This document shows positions 49,076-59,600 of a stretch of DNA of 61,602 nt, piece after piece. A program made the position numbers and the translations under genes. The notes below the pieces were generated by a model. The model was given only the letters and a program-made list of their open reading frames with translations. It was not told the DNA's origin and ran no database searches. Each line of letters opens with the position of its first letter. Positions within the stretch are counted from its first letter, which is position 1. Origin of the DNA: Fonticula alba ATCC 38817 (lineage: Eukaryota > Protista > Nucleariida); assembly GCA_000388065.2 (NCBI GenBank), contig KB932204.1. One strand, 5' to 3'.

Positions 49076-49636
49076 AGCTGATCGAACAGGAGGGGCACAG
49101 GGACAAACGGGTCCCGGACTCGGCGATTAACCGGGGATATCGATGTGGAGAGGGAGGAAAAGACCGAAGAGGTGGGGGGGGGGAGGAGAAAGGAACACAA
49201 AGGAGGGAGAGGGAAAAAGGGGCGGGGGAGGAACGGGAGGGGGGGGGGTCTCGATGGCCACTTGCGTCAATGCCAGCACGCTCGGACCAACGCTGCTCTT
49301 GAGCCGATCCGATCACCGTGAGCGCGTGATACGCCCACGTGCCTGACCGATGGTGGCGCCGGGAGCCAGTAACGCTTTTTTAAAAATCCCCGACCAGGAC
49401 CGGCCCCGCGCCCGGTGCCCCCCCCCCCCCCCCGTTCCCTGCGGCCCCTCTGCCGGGGATCGGGCGGCCCCATGCCCGGGAAAGGCGTTTTTCCCGGACC
49501 ACGGCGAGTGATCGACACCCGCGGCAAGGCACCTCTCCGCCTCCCTCCTCCCCTGCGCCTCCCCCCTTCCCCCCTCCCTCGCCTTTTTCCCTGTCTCTCC
49601 CTCCCCCCTCCCCCTCGCTCGTGCCCCTCTCGCATC

Positions 49637-52600
49637 ATGGCGTCTCGGCCTGCCCTGTCAAATGGCTTCTGCGAGCGCGCCTTCGGCGGAATAGATGGCT
49701 CCGATGTGGACGCGGCCGCCGCGGCCCTGCAGGAACGCCCCACCCTTCAACTTGTGTCCTTCAAGGCGCCCGGCCCCTCGGGACTGCGAATGTGCGCCAA
49801 CAGCCGGGGGGGGGGAAAAAAGAAACCCTGCCCTCCCCCTTTCCACGGCCAACGCCATGCACATCTGTGCCCGCCCACACATCCAACCACACACATGCCC
49901 ATCCATCCGCCTCTGCCGTACTTATGCCCCTCCCCCCCCCCCCCCGGAAAAAAAACGCATCCACAGCGCCCAACTCTCCGACGGCTTTCACTCCTTCCCG
50001 GCGGTGTTTGTCTCGTCCCTGAACCACATGTTCAGCGGCTCCCCCGGGGCCGGATCGGCCCCTCTCAAGGGCGGGCTCCTGCAAGAGGGGTCGGTCATCT
50101 GTGTCACCAACCATTCGGTCATGACGCAGCCCAAGTCGTGCGTCCACCCCTCCCCCCCTTTCCGGCTCCTCGCCTCCATGCCCCGGAACGCCCCGGCCTA
50201 ATGTCCCCGTGTCAGCCTCTCGCGCTTTCTCCTTGTCCAGGGCATCGACATCATCGGCCACCAGCCGATCCTCGGCAACCCGCTGAAGTTCCTGCCCTCG
50301 CCAGGAAGTGCTGATCAGCCAGCGGCAACCCCCTCCACCTCGGCCCCGCCGCTCGCCCCAACGCCGGGCCGCGCCCCGGAGACCCCCTCCCGCCGGCTTT
50401 CCGCCATGTCCGTTCGCTCTCCTGGCCAGGCTGATTCCAAGCTACCGGCCGATGTGCCCGTCATGTCGCTCAATCCGTACCTCCGGCAGTGGACCATTCG
50501 CGTGCGCGTGATGGCCGTCGATCCGCTGCGCTCCTTCAGCAATGACCGTGGCAGTGGGTTTGTTTTCTCCGCCGAGGTGGCCGATGCCTCGGTGCGACCG
50601 CGCTCGCCCTGTCTCCCGCCCCCCCCCCCCCCCCTCCTCCCCCCTCCCTGGCGCCCCGCCGGGCCTGTGCATTTAACCAATGTCTCCATGCCCCCACCCA
50701 CACGCCCGCACCCACATGCCCTCCTCGGTTCCCCCCCCCCTTCATCTAGGGCTCAATTCGTGTGGCCGCCTTCAATGATGTGGCAGAGACCATCTCAAAG
50801 CAGCTTGTTGTGGGCCAGTCGGTCATCCTGTCCCGCGGGATGGTCCAAGTCCCGCGACTCGCCCGGCCCATCATCGGCACCGAAAGCCGGTATGAGATCC
50901 GCCTGGACAGCCGGGCCCTGATCGACCCGTGCGACCCGGTTGATGGGCCACCCGGCTCGGATACCCACATTGCCGGGCCCACCACAGCCCAGGTGTTTGC
51001 CGAGCGAGTCTGGACCCCCATCAATGCCCTCTCTGGCTTTGGCACCGGCCACATCGTCGGTGCGCCTGCCATGCAGGATGTCCCTCTCCTCGCTCCCCCT
51101 CCTCGCCTGCACTCTTTTTCGCCGCTCGAGCAGATCGCCCCCCCCCCTCTTCCCCCCTCCTCCCAGCCGCCGTCCCCTGACTGCTCTCCTAACCCGGCCC
51201 AAACACCCAGACCTTCTCGCCGTGATCACGGACATCCGGCCCCCGGTAGCTGTGATGGCCAACGGTGAAATGGTCCTCCGGCGCATGGTGCAAGTGGCCG
51301 ATCCGTCCGGGGTTTCCTGTGCGGTTACCTTCTGGCGCGACCATGCGCTCGAGCTTTCCCGCATCATCGGCGACGTCCCGCACGGCGTGGCCGATCCCTC
51401 GGAGGTCGTCCGCATGCACCAGCCCGTGGCGGAGCCCCCACTGGCCGAGGACGTGGCCTCCACCTTCAGCCGACCTCTTGGCGTCGGGTCGGTCCTCGGT
51501 GTGCGCTCCCTTCGACTGGTGGAATACCAGGGGACCTATTCGCTGTCCTCGATGCAGCACTCGACGCGTCTCTTCCGCATGGGTGCCGACGCGCATACCG
51601 AACCGCTGGCTCGCTGGTTCCTTGAGGATCTTGGCGGCCCCGCTGGCGCGCGGCAACTTCGGAATATCTCCTCGCTGCGGGATGCCGCGGCCGCGGCCTC
51701 CTCCGGCGAAGGGAGCTCCTCCTTCGGGCCAGGTGGCGGTGACGCCCGGCAATTGACAAACCCCATCTACCTGGGCCAGATCCAACAGAAGGTCAGCCCC
51801 TGCCTAAATTCGTGGCCATCTCCGCAACCCCGGTCCCGCCCCTCCTTGCTCCCTCTCCCTCTGGGCAGACACTCATACATTCCTTCGCCCCTCCACCACT
51901 CCCCCCCCCCTCCCTTCCCCGCCACGCAGCTTCAAAACTTGAAGCCCGGCGACCCGGCGATCTTCTCCACGATTTGCCTCACCCCGGTGCGCCTGATGAT
52001 TCAGGCCCCCCTCACGTATCCTGCCGATGAGAATGGCAACAAGGTGCGGCCAGTTCTCGGGGCGACCACCGGCAGCATCCAATGGTCCAGCGCTCGGACG
52101 GGTGCCCTGCTGGACACCTTCGAGCACCGGTTCATTATCCGCCTCCGGATGGCCGACGCCTCGGGCAACATTTTCGTCAATGGTACGGTCAGGGTATTCG
52201 GGATGACTGTTTTTCGCCCCTGGCCCCCTGCTCCCCCTGCTCCCCCTGCTCCTCCTGCTCCCCCTGCTCCTCCTGCTCCTCCTGCCCCTCGGACTCTGCC
52301 CTCTCCCAATCACTGTCCCATCTCCCCCTGTCCTGCCTTCCTGCCGGCTGGCTTTCTCTCCTTTGGCAACCGCCACTAACCCGTGACTCTGGTCCATCTC
52401 TCCGACGAAGCCTTCGCCGCTCAGGCCGAGCCCATCATGGGCATGACGGCCGAGGAGTACTTCAACCTTCGCTTCGGGCCGAATGTTGGCATGCGCGACC
52501 GGCGCTCGACCCCGACCGTGGCCGCCATCGATCCCGAGGCGGATTTCGAGGCCGATCTCGAGGCCGCCTTCGAGGCCAATCTCGAGGCCAATCTCGAGGC

Positions 52601-52994
52601 CGATCTCAAGGCCGATCCCAAGCCCGGGCCGGGCTCCGAGTCGGGCCCCGGTGCCGATGTCAAGACCGAACATGCGGATTCCGGCTCCCCCGCTGTCGAA
52701 CATCCGGCTGTGGCCCTCCTCCGCAGCACCACCAAACTGGATGGTCTTCTGCCCGAGCAGGCGCAGCAAATTTTGGACCTGACCGCGGAGGACCTGCAGG
52801 ATTTGGTGCCGGCCGCATTGGCCGCGCACGAGCGGGTCTCTTTCTCTCGGCCTCTGGTGGCGCGGATTCGCAGCCGGGCCGAGATCTACAAGGAGGAGGT
52901 CACCATTCGCCACCACCTGATCGCCGTGCGGCCGGTGGACTTCGTGCAGGACGCGCGTCACCTCATCCAGGCCATTCATACCTACCTTTCCTGA
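49637..52994 (+). CDS. RPA1: Replication protein A large subunit (OB folds F, A, B, C), about 809 aa
   Basis: Exons 49637-49791, 49967-50137, 50216-50591, 50750-51059, 51211-51791, 51930-52182, 52411-52994 (2430 nt). Motifs QLSDG (DBD-F), SLNPYLRQWTIRVRV..DASGSIRVAAFND (DBD-A), VDLLAVI..DPSGVSCAVTFW (DBD-B), RFIIRLRMADASG..AFAAQAEPIMG..YKEEVTIRH (DBD-C). Confidence 0.93.
52225..52287. repeat. 9-bp tandem repeat (C[C/T]CCTGCTC) x7 in the last RPA1 intron
   Basis: Directly visible head-to-tail units. Confidence 0.9.
52536..52622 (+). repeat. 12-bp coding tandem repeat (GAGGCC[G/A]ATCTC-like) giving EA[D/N/A][L/F] x6 plus KADP in RPA1
   Basis: Translates EADFEADLEAAFEANLEANLEADLKADPK. Confidence 0.9.
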
Positions 52995-53582
52995 GGCGAC
53001 GGGCAGCTTTCGCCTCTTGCCTCCTCGTGCTTCGCGGTCCCCCCCCCCCCATATATCCTCTCCTCCTNNNNNNNNNNNNNNNNNNNNNNNNNNNCCCCCC
53101 CGGCCCGCATGTGCCACATGCATGTGGGTCGTAATAGAACTGGATCGCTGTGTTCACACCTGGCCATGTGTGTGAAAGCACTTGTATCTTCACGCATTGG
53201 TGTGCCCCCTGCTCGACGTGTGTCGGTGTATCTGCGCGAGGGGCAGCCATGCAGCGCATGCTCCTACATGTGCGCACGCACGTGCCTGCACCGAGGTACT
53301 CACCCAGGTGCACACACAGCCGAGGCGGGGAAACGCACGCCGGCCCAGCCTGGAAGCCGACCCGATCCGGGAAGCCGGCACCCATGTGCGATGAGTCACG
53401 GAACGCTCGCCGAACAGGGGCTTGGGCGGCGTCTCCCAGGCGGAGGTCGATGCCCAAGGGCACGGAAAGCCCGAGCCCACTGGCTGTCAAGTGCCACGCC
53501 CGGGCCGACAAGGTGGTCCGAGTGGCCGAGAGGAAAGGGCTGCTTGGAGGGGGCGCCACATGGCGACGGGGTATCAAACAGA

Positions 53583-53615
53583 AACAACAACAACAACAAT
53601 AACAATAACAATAAC
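53583..53615. repeat. (AAC/AAT)n trinucleotide microsatellite, intergenic
   Basis: Eleven AAC/AAT units. Confidence 0.9.
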
Positions 53616-56600
53616 ACAGTCAGTCGGAGCTGGCCCGGGACAAGGCCGGTGGCATGCCAGCGGGATGGCCATCGAGATCGCCCCGCGTGCGCGGGATGCC
53701 CCGATGGGCGTCGATCTGGTGGGCGGGTGGGCGGGTGCCTGGATGCCGGTATCCGGCCACCATGCGACAGCACACTCGGATCAAGGCAGACACACGGGGC
53801 AATCCCGGGGGCAGGCGGTGGCCCTTGGGGCTGCGTCTTGCGCTGCGCCGCCCGCTCCGAGCAGCTCGACCACCGGCACCATAACCATAGGGCCAAAAGG
53901 GCAGCGCGTTTGTCGGCGCCCCTTTTCGGCCCCGGGCCCCGGGAGGGGAGTGGCCGGGAGATTGCTGCGAAGGAAAATGGTCGCCCTCCGCCCCACCGGA
54001 CGAGATGTCGCCGAGGCAATGGGCCGAGGGCCTTGCTAACTCGCCGGGCCAGCCCAGGACGCATGGTGGGCAGAGCACGCTCTCGGTGACGGAGCGGACC
54101 CGGAAGACGACGAGCATGCAAGGAAGAGGGAGAGACGGGCAAGAGACGGGGGTCGATGTGCGGGGAGCCAGGCATGGGCTCCGGGGCTGAGCAGCTTTAC
54201 GTGGGTGGCCCTCCACGCCAGGGGGGCGCCTCGCCTGGCGAGTGCCATGCCCTCCTTCGCGGCCGGCAGGTGGCACCCCTCGGCGAGCCGGCCCGTTTCG
54301 GAGCCACCTCGCCCCATCCCCCCCCCCCCCCTGTGTCGTGTGCCCGCCCGGGGCGAAAAGGCGCCGACCGAGGGGGCGCGCCTCGCCTCGGGGGGAGCCT
54401 CTCAAGTGCCAGGCGGCGGAGCCACCCTTGCCGGCGGCTTGGGCGGTGCTCAGCCCCGCAGCAACGCACCCCAGATCCCACCCCGGGCGAGGCGGATGGG
54501 ATCTGGGATCCCGTTCAGCCGGAGGGAGCAGAGCCGGGGGCATGCTCCGCCGGGTCGCCGCGCCGCGTTGCGCCCGGTTCTCCCGACACCACCCCGGCCT
54601 CCCGGGGCCAGAGCAGGCGCGCGCGGCATTTCTCCCCCCACGCGGGCACCCCTGGCCCGGAGGTGCGTGCGGGCGCACCCCGCGTGGGGAGGAAGGCCAG
54701 GCGACCTTGCGCCCCCTCCCGCCACCGCGCCAAGAGCACGTCTGAATGCTTGCCACTCATGTGGCCAGAGTCGGCCCCGGTAAGCCATGACGCGATCGCT
54801 CGCCCCGCCGTCGCCCGCATCCAGGGCGCCCTTCGCCCGTGCCATATCGGGCGCTGGCGGGGGAAACCGCGTCCCCGCGCCCGACGCCGCCAGCCATCCA
54901 CCTCTCGGCCCCTTCGCGCTCCAGCCCCGAGGCCTCCCCTCCGGGCCCGGAGCGATGGCTCCCCCAACGGGAGCCGGCCGGGCACAGAAGGCAAGCGCCA
55001 GCAGGGCATAAAGTCGAGACTCCGGAGGCCACGGAGGGCCGAGCCGCGCCCCGCAGCACCGATGTCTCCCGGCCCCGGTGCCCCGGCAAACTTGGCGGTG
55101 TGTGCCCGGCCTCCGGGCGGGGATTGGGTGGACCCATGCGCGGTCAAGCAGGCACACACGCACACACACACACACACAAAAGGGACACACGCGCACACGG
55201 ATACTCCGAACCGCATGTGGCGTTACTCATCTCCGGGGAATCCGCGCGCAACGGCCCCGCGCCTCAACACACCCCCGGGCGCGGAGAAGAGGCGACCCAG
55301 GCCTGCATCCCGATGCAGGCTGGCATTTCCCAGCCCGGGAGGATGCATCCATGCCTGGCCGACTGCCTGTGAAATGCGCCGGGCGCCACATGAGCGCGGC
55401 AAAACGCCCAGGCCGCCCGGAACCGTCGCCAAGGGGGGGTCTTCTGGCGCGCAGAGCGAAGCGGAACCCCCCCTAGGCCGGATCCAAGTGCGCCGGGGGT
55501 CTTCGCTCGCCGGCGGACGCCGACCCAATCCCCGTCCGGACCGCCGGGCAGCCAACATCGCCCACAGGAGGGGGACGGCCAGCAGGGGCACAGCCCAGCA
55601 CCCCCCCCCCCCCCCCCCCGGACGCCGGGAAAAAGCCAAGCCGAGGCAAAGGGCCGGGCAGAGGTGCGAAGTCCCACCCGGGGGAGAAGGGCGAACAGCT
55701 TCCTGAAACTCTCTTGATCTACAGTCAGACTGGGGCGAATGGGGGGATGCCCCCTCTCTCGTGGACGGGCCGGAGGCCGGGAGAACCGGGCGAAACAGAA
55801 AAAAAAAAGACCCCCAGTCGAGCATGCGCCTCGGACGCAGGTGCCCAAAGCGACGGTCCGGAGCGAATACCTGGCCTCCTGTTGCGAGAGAGGGCAAGCG
55901 CACGCGCCTCCCCCGGGACGGGCCTGGACCCGTGGGCCCCCTGCTCCTTCCAGACGACGCCACCCAGCCGTAGGACCTGCGGCGCCCCTTCGGCCAGCCG
56001 ACCGCCCAGCCGACAGGGCGGCCGCCGGGCGCTCGCACGACTCGCCAGCCGGGCCTGACGAATTTTCCATGTGCTAGAGACGCGCACAAACATGCTTGGC
56101 CCCCGGAATTCATTTGGTGGCCAGGCTTGGCACAGGACAACACCACTCCCGCGGCCTGCGCCGACCTTGGCCGTGGAAAAAAATGAATGAGACCACCCCG
56201 CACCAACACCGAAACTTGGCCTGGGAACCAAAGCGCCGCCCGAGGGGGCGCCAGGCGTCGGTTGCGGCCCCCACCCCTGCCCCCCGTCGCTCTTGCCCTG
56301 CGCCCCGCCGCGCCTCCCCCTCCCCCCGACGCCCCTTCTCCCGGCCCCGTGCGCGAGGTCGGGGAAGGGGGAGGGGGGTCTGTTGGCCCGGATCCCCGCC
56401 AGGCCGGCTCCAACTCCGCCGACCGCCGGGCTCGAAATGCCCCCGGCCGAGCCGCCGTTATCCGGGCGCTTCCCCGGGTCCGCCAGCTCCAACGGCCGTG
56501 CTTCCCCGGCGCCCGGCCCGCCCCAGGGACCAGATCTCAAGAGCCCTCCCAGGCAGGGGCCGATCATCAGCATTATTAGCATCAAGCACGCCCAGCCCCC

Positions 56601-57578
56601 ATCCCCCCCGCCCCTGCCCCGGTGTCGTGCATTGGGGCACCTAACACGATTGGCCCTGGACGCAGGGGCACACACACACACACACACACACACACAGGCA
56701 GCCGGAGCATGTGGGGATCCAGGAAAAATACCAAGAATTTCCCCCAAATCCCCCCCCACCCACGAGCCACGAGTAGAGCGCAGGCATGCCCCCCTCGTGG
56801 GGAGAAACGGGGCGGCTGGGGACAATTTTCGGCCCGCCTTATTTTCCCCAGCCCAGCCAGGACCGGGAATTCAATAGCACGCCCTCGCGGGGCGGTCCCT
56901 GATCGGGGCGCGTGTGCGCGGCCAGCCCCGCACCCCCGCCCCCCCCCCCCTCCCCGACCTCACACTCGGAAGACCATGGGAAGGGATGACCAACGGCCCT
57001 GGGGCGACCCCAGCCGAGCCCCCGGCCCCCAGCAATCCGCTCCTGATGCGCATGTGGTCATCCATCACCGCGCCCGACCGGATTCACGTTGGTCGACCCC
57101 CCTTCCCCCCCCGGCCCCGGCCCCGGCTCCGGCTCCGGCCCGACCTCCCCGGCTCCGTCCCCATCCTCCCCCAGCCACTTCCGTCTCAAACAGAGGGAGC
57201 CACCACTTCGCCCCTTTCGTCCCTCGGAGTTGGCGCCCACCGGAACAGGGCCACTCGCCGCCCGCCGGCCCGCCCGCCGGCCCGCCCCCCTCGTACGGAC
57301 TTTTCCGTTACCGCCCCAGCCAATCCATCCCCGGTTGGCGGGCACACCGACGAGGCCCTTCCCTCGCCATCCCCCTCCGCCACCCCTTCACACCGCCCCC
57401 TTGCCCCTTCCCAGCCGCACCTCCTCCCCGCCCCCCCCCCCTGGTCCGCAAGATCGAAGCCCTCCTGTCGTGTCTACCGCGCCCTTCCCTTCCTTTCCTT
57501 TTTTTTCCCCTAGACCAGTGCGTTGCCTCTTCCCCTCACCATCCCATCTCCGCCCCACCGCCGGCGCAGTAGGCCACC

Positions 57579-58709
57579 ATGCTCACCCTCTCTTCTGCCC
57601 ATTCCCCTCCGCTGCCTTCAGCCATGACAATCAACAACAACGTCGGAAGCAGCCTTCCGACCACGAGCCCCGACATGTCCACCCTCTTTTGGAATGTATG
57701 TCCCCCCCCCCCACCCACCCACCCACCCATCGGTCCTTCGCCGATGTGTGCCCCTGTCTCTCTCTCTCTCTCTCTCTCCCTCCGCTGCACCCCGACAAGG
57801 CCCCACACTCACAACTCCAAATGCGCCCCACAGGACATCAAGCCCCTCTTCGACCGCATCCTGTCCCATCCGCTGATTACTGCCATCAAAAATGTCACCA
57901 TCGACACCAACCAGCTGGTTCTATTTGTTATCCAGTCGCGCCTGGTGATCGCGGATGTCGTCCGCGCGCTGGCCATCCTTGCCTCCCGCGCGCCGGCCAT
58001 CGAGGTGACCGTCGTCGTCTCGAATGCCGTCATCGCCGTGGCCGAACTGAAGGCTGCACATGACCGTGCGTCGCACTTACCTTCTGCCCTCTGCTCCGCC
58101 TCTGCCCCCCCCCCCCCCNNNNNNNNNNNNNNNNNNNNNNNNNNNNNNNNNNNNNNNNNCCCCCCTCCCCCCGGCATCCCACCTGAAGGCCACCTTGGCC
58201 GCTTCAATATCGATCCCGCGGCCCTGGACCGCGCCAATTACTCGCCCAACGCCCTGATGGCCGGGTCGCACGCCATCCGCATGGCCCATGAGCGGCCCTT
58301 CCACGAGGCCCTCGCCTCCATCCTCCCCCTCCTTTGGGTCAATGTCGCGGTGGCCAGCAGCATCCAGAAGGCCGGCCTTGGCCAGCCGGCCTCGGCCTCC
58401 TCCCACCAGATCCGGGAATTCTGCACCCAGGTCATCGAGATGTTCTCCACCAGCAACCTCGCCAAGGCCACCACCTCGCTGATTACCCTGATCGACCGCA
58501 TCGACTCCGATGGGGCCACCTCGGCCATCAGCCACACGCACCAGGTCCTGTCCATAGGCGATGCGGCCAACATGCCGCAGATGGTCACCAACTCCCCTCC
58601 GCTCTTCGAGTCCGACCGCCTTGCCATGCGGAGGCACTTCAGCCAGGGCACCAAGTGCGTTTGGCTCCTGTACGAGTGCTGCATCAACAACCAGTCCTGG
58701 ACGATCTGA
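57579..58709 (+). CDS. TenA/THI-4/PqqC-fold (thiaminase II-like) protein with substituted catalytic residues, about 289 aa
   Basis: Kozak-like GCCACCATG. Exons 57579-57695, 57834-58065, 58189-58709 (870 nt). LFWNDIKPLFDRILSHPLITAIKNVTID..LVLFVIQS, AELKAAHDR, YSPNALMAGSH, EALASILPLLWVN and MRRHFSQGTKCVWLLY align colinearly with TenA as I recall it. Confidence 0.8.
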   Translation: MLTLSSAHSPPLPSAMTINNNVGSSLPTTSPDMSTLFWNVCPPPPPTHPPIGPSPMCAPVSLSLSLSLRCTPTRPHTHNSKCAPQDIKPLFDRILSHPLITAIKNVTIDTNQLVLFVIQSRLVIADVVRALAILASRAPAIEVTVVVSNAVIAVAELKAAHDRASHLPSALCSASAPPPPXXXXXXXXXXXXXXPPPPGIPPEGHLGRFNIDPAALDRANYSPNALMAGSHAIRMAHERPFHEALASILPLLWVNVAVASSIQKAGLGQPASASSHQIREFCTQVIEMFSTSNLAKATTSLITLIDRIDSDGATSAISHTHQVLSIGDAANMPQMVTNSPPLFESDRLAMRRHFSQGTKCVWLLYECCINNQSWTI

Positions 58710-58719
58710 TGTGCCACGC

Positions 58720-58752
<33 letters not shown>

Positions 58753-58761
58753 CCTCCCCCG

Positions 58762-58844
<83 letters not shown>
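58720..58844. repeat. Adjacent G29 run and ~96-nt C-rich run just after the TenA-like stop codon
   Basis: Directly visible. Lengths are unreliable in a draft assembly. Confidence 0.75.
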
Positions 58845-58848
<4 letters not shown>

Positions 58849-59462
58849 CCCCTCTCATTCCCCCATTATAGATGTGCATGCGCAGAGACAGACACGCGTG
58901 GCGCGCCTATGCGTCTGTGTGCGGGTGACCACATGCAGACTGTCATTTTCCCTTTCCTATCTCTCTCTCTCCCCTTCTTTCCTTCATTCCCCTTGCCCTT
59001 GTTTTCCTCCCCCTCATCCAGCCCAGCAGCGTGGCCCCTGGCGCCGGCGCCAGGGGGGAATGCCCCGCGTGTCCCTCGCCCCCGGCCACCTAAATACATG
59101 CCCCCCTCCCCCTTCTGATGACAGGTATTGACCCTACACGTGGGCATCTGAGTTGAGAACACACACACACACACACACGCTAAGTGGTGTTTGTGCCCTC
59201 GCTCGATGGGGATTCACACATATCCCCCCACCCCTCTGCCACGTGTGTGTGACAGGGAATGCACAAGGGCAGGATGCGTATCTCTATACTATTGAAGTGT
59301 ATTGGGGAGAGGGAGAAGAGGAGAGGCACCGCTTGGCCGGGGCAGACTGTTTGCCGTACACGAGCCACACGGGGAGGGGGGGGAGGGGAAAAGGCCAGGG
59401 AAGATATCATCAAGGACGGGAAAGAGAGAGAGAAAGAGGGAGGGAGAGGAGGGAGAGGCGAA

Positions 59463-59466
<4 letters not shown>

Positions 59467-59499
<33 letters not shown>
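59467..59499. repeat. (GA)n microsatellite
   Basis: About 16 perfect GA units between the convergent 3' ends of the TenA-like and kinase genes. Confidence 0.9.
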
Positions 59500-59503
<4 letters not shown>

Positions 59504-59600
59504 CGTGCATCAAAAACAGCACGCCAGAACACCCCCTCCCCCCCCCCCCCCCCTCCCTGCGCCCCATATCCTCCCCCGAGCCTTCCCCTGCGCCTCGCTC

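Noticed and set aside
12969-52994. Apparent functional clustering (three secretory-pathway genes in a row, two APC/C subunits, two splicing factors)
   Set aside because: These are large housekeeping categories, the genes are interleaved with unrelated ones, and I saw no shared regulatory motif. Chance is a sufficient explanation.
12520-53140. Shared 10-mer GTAATAGAAC downstream of PDI (12520-12529) and RPA1 (53131-53140)
   Set aside because: It has opposite orientation relative to the two transcripts, and one 10-mer match among many AT-rich windows is not significant.
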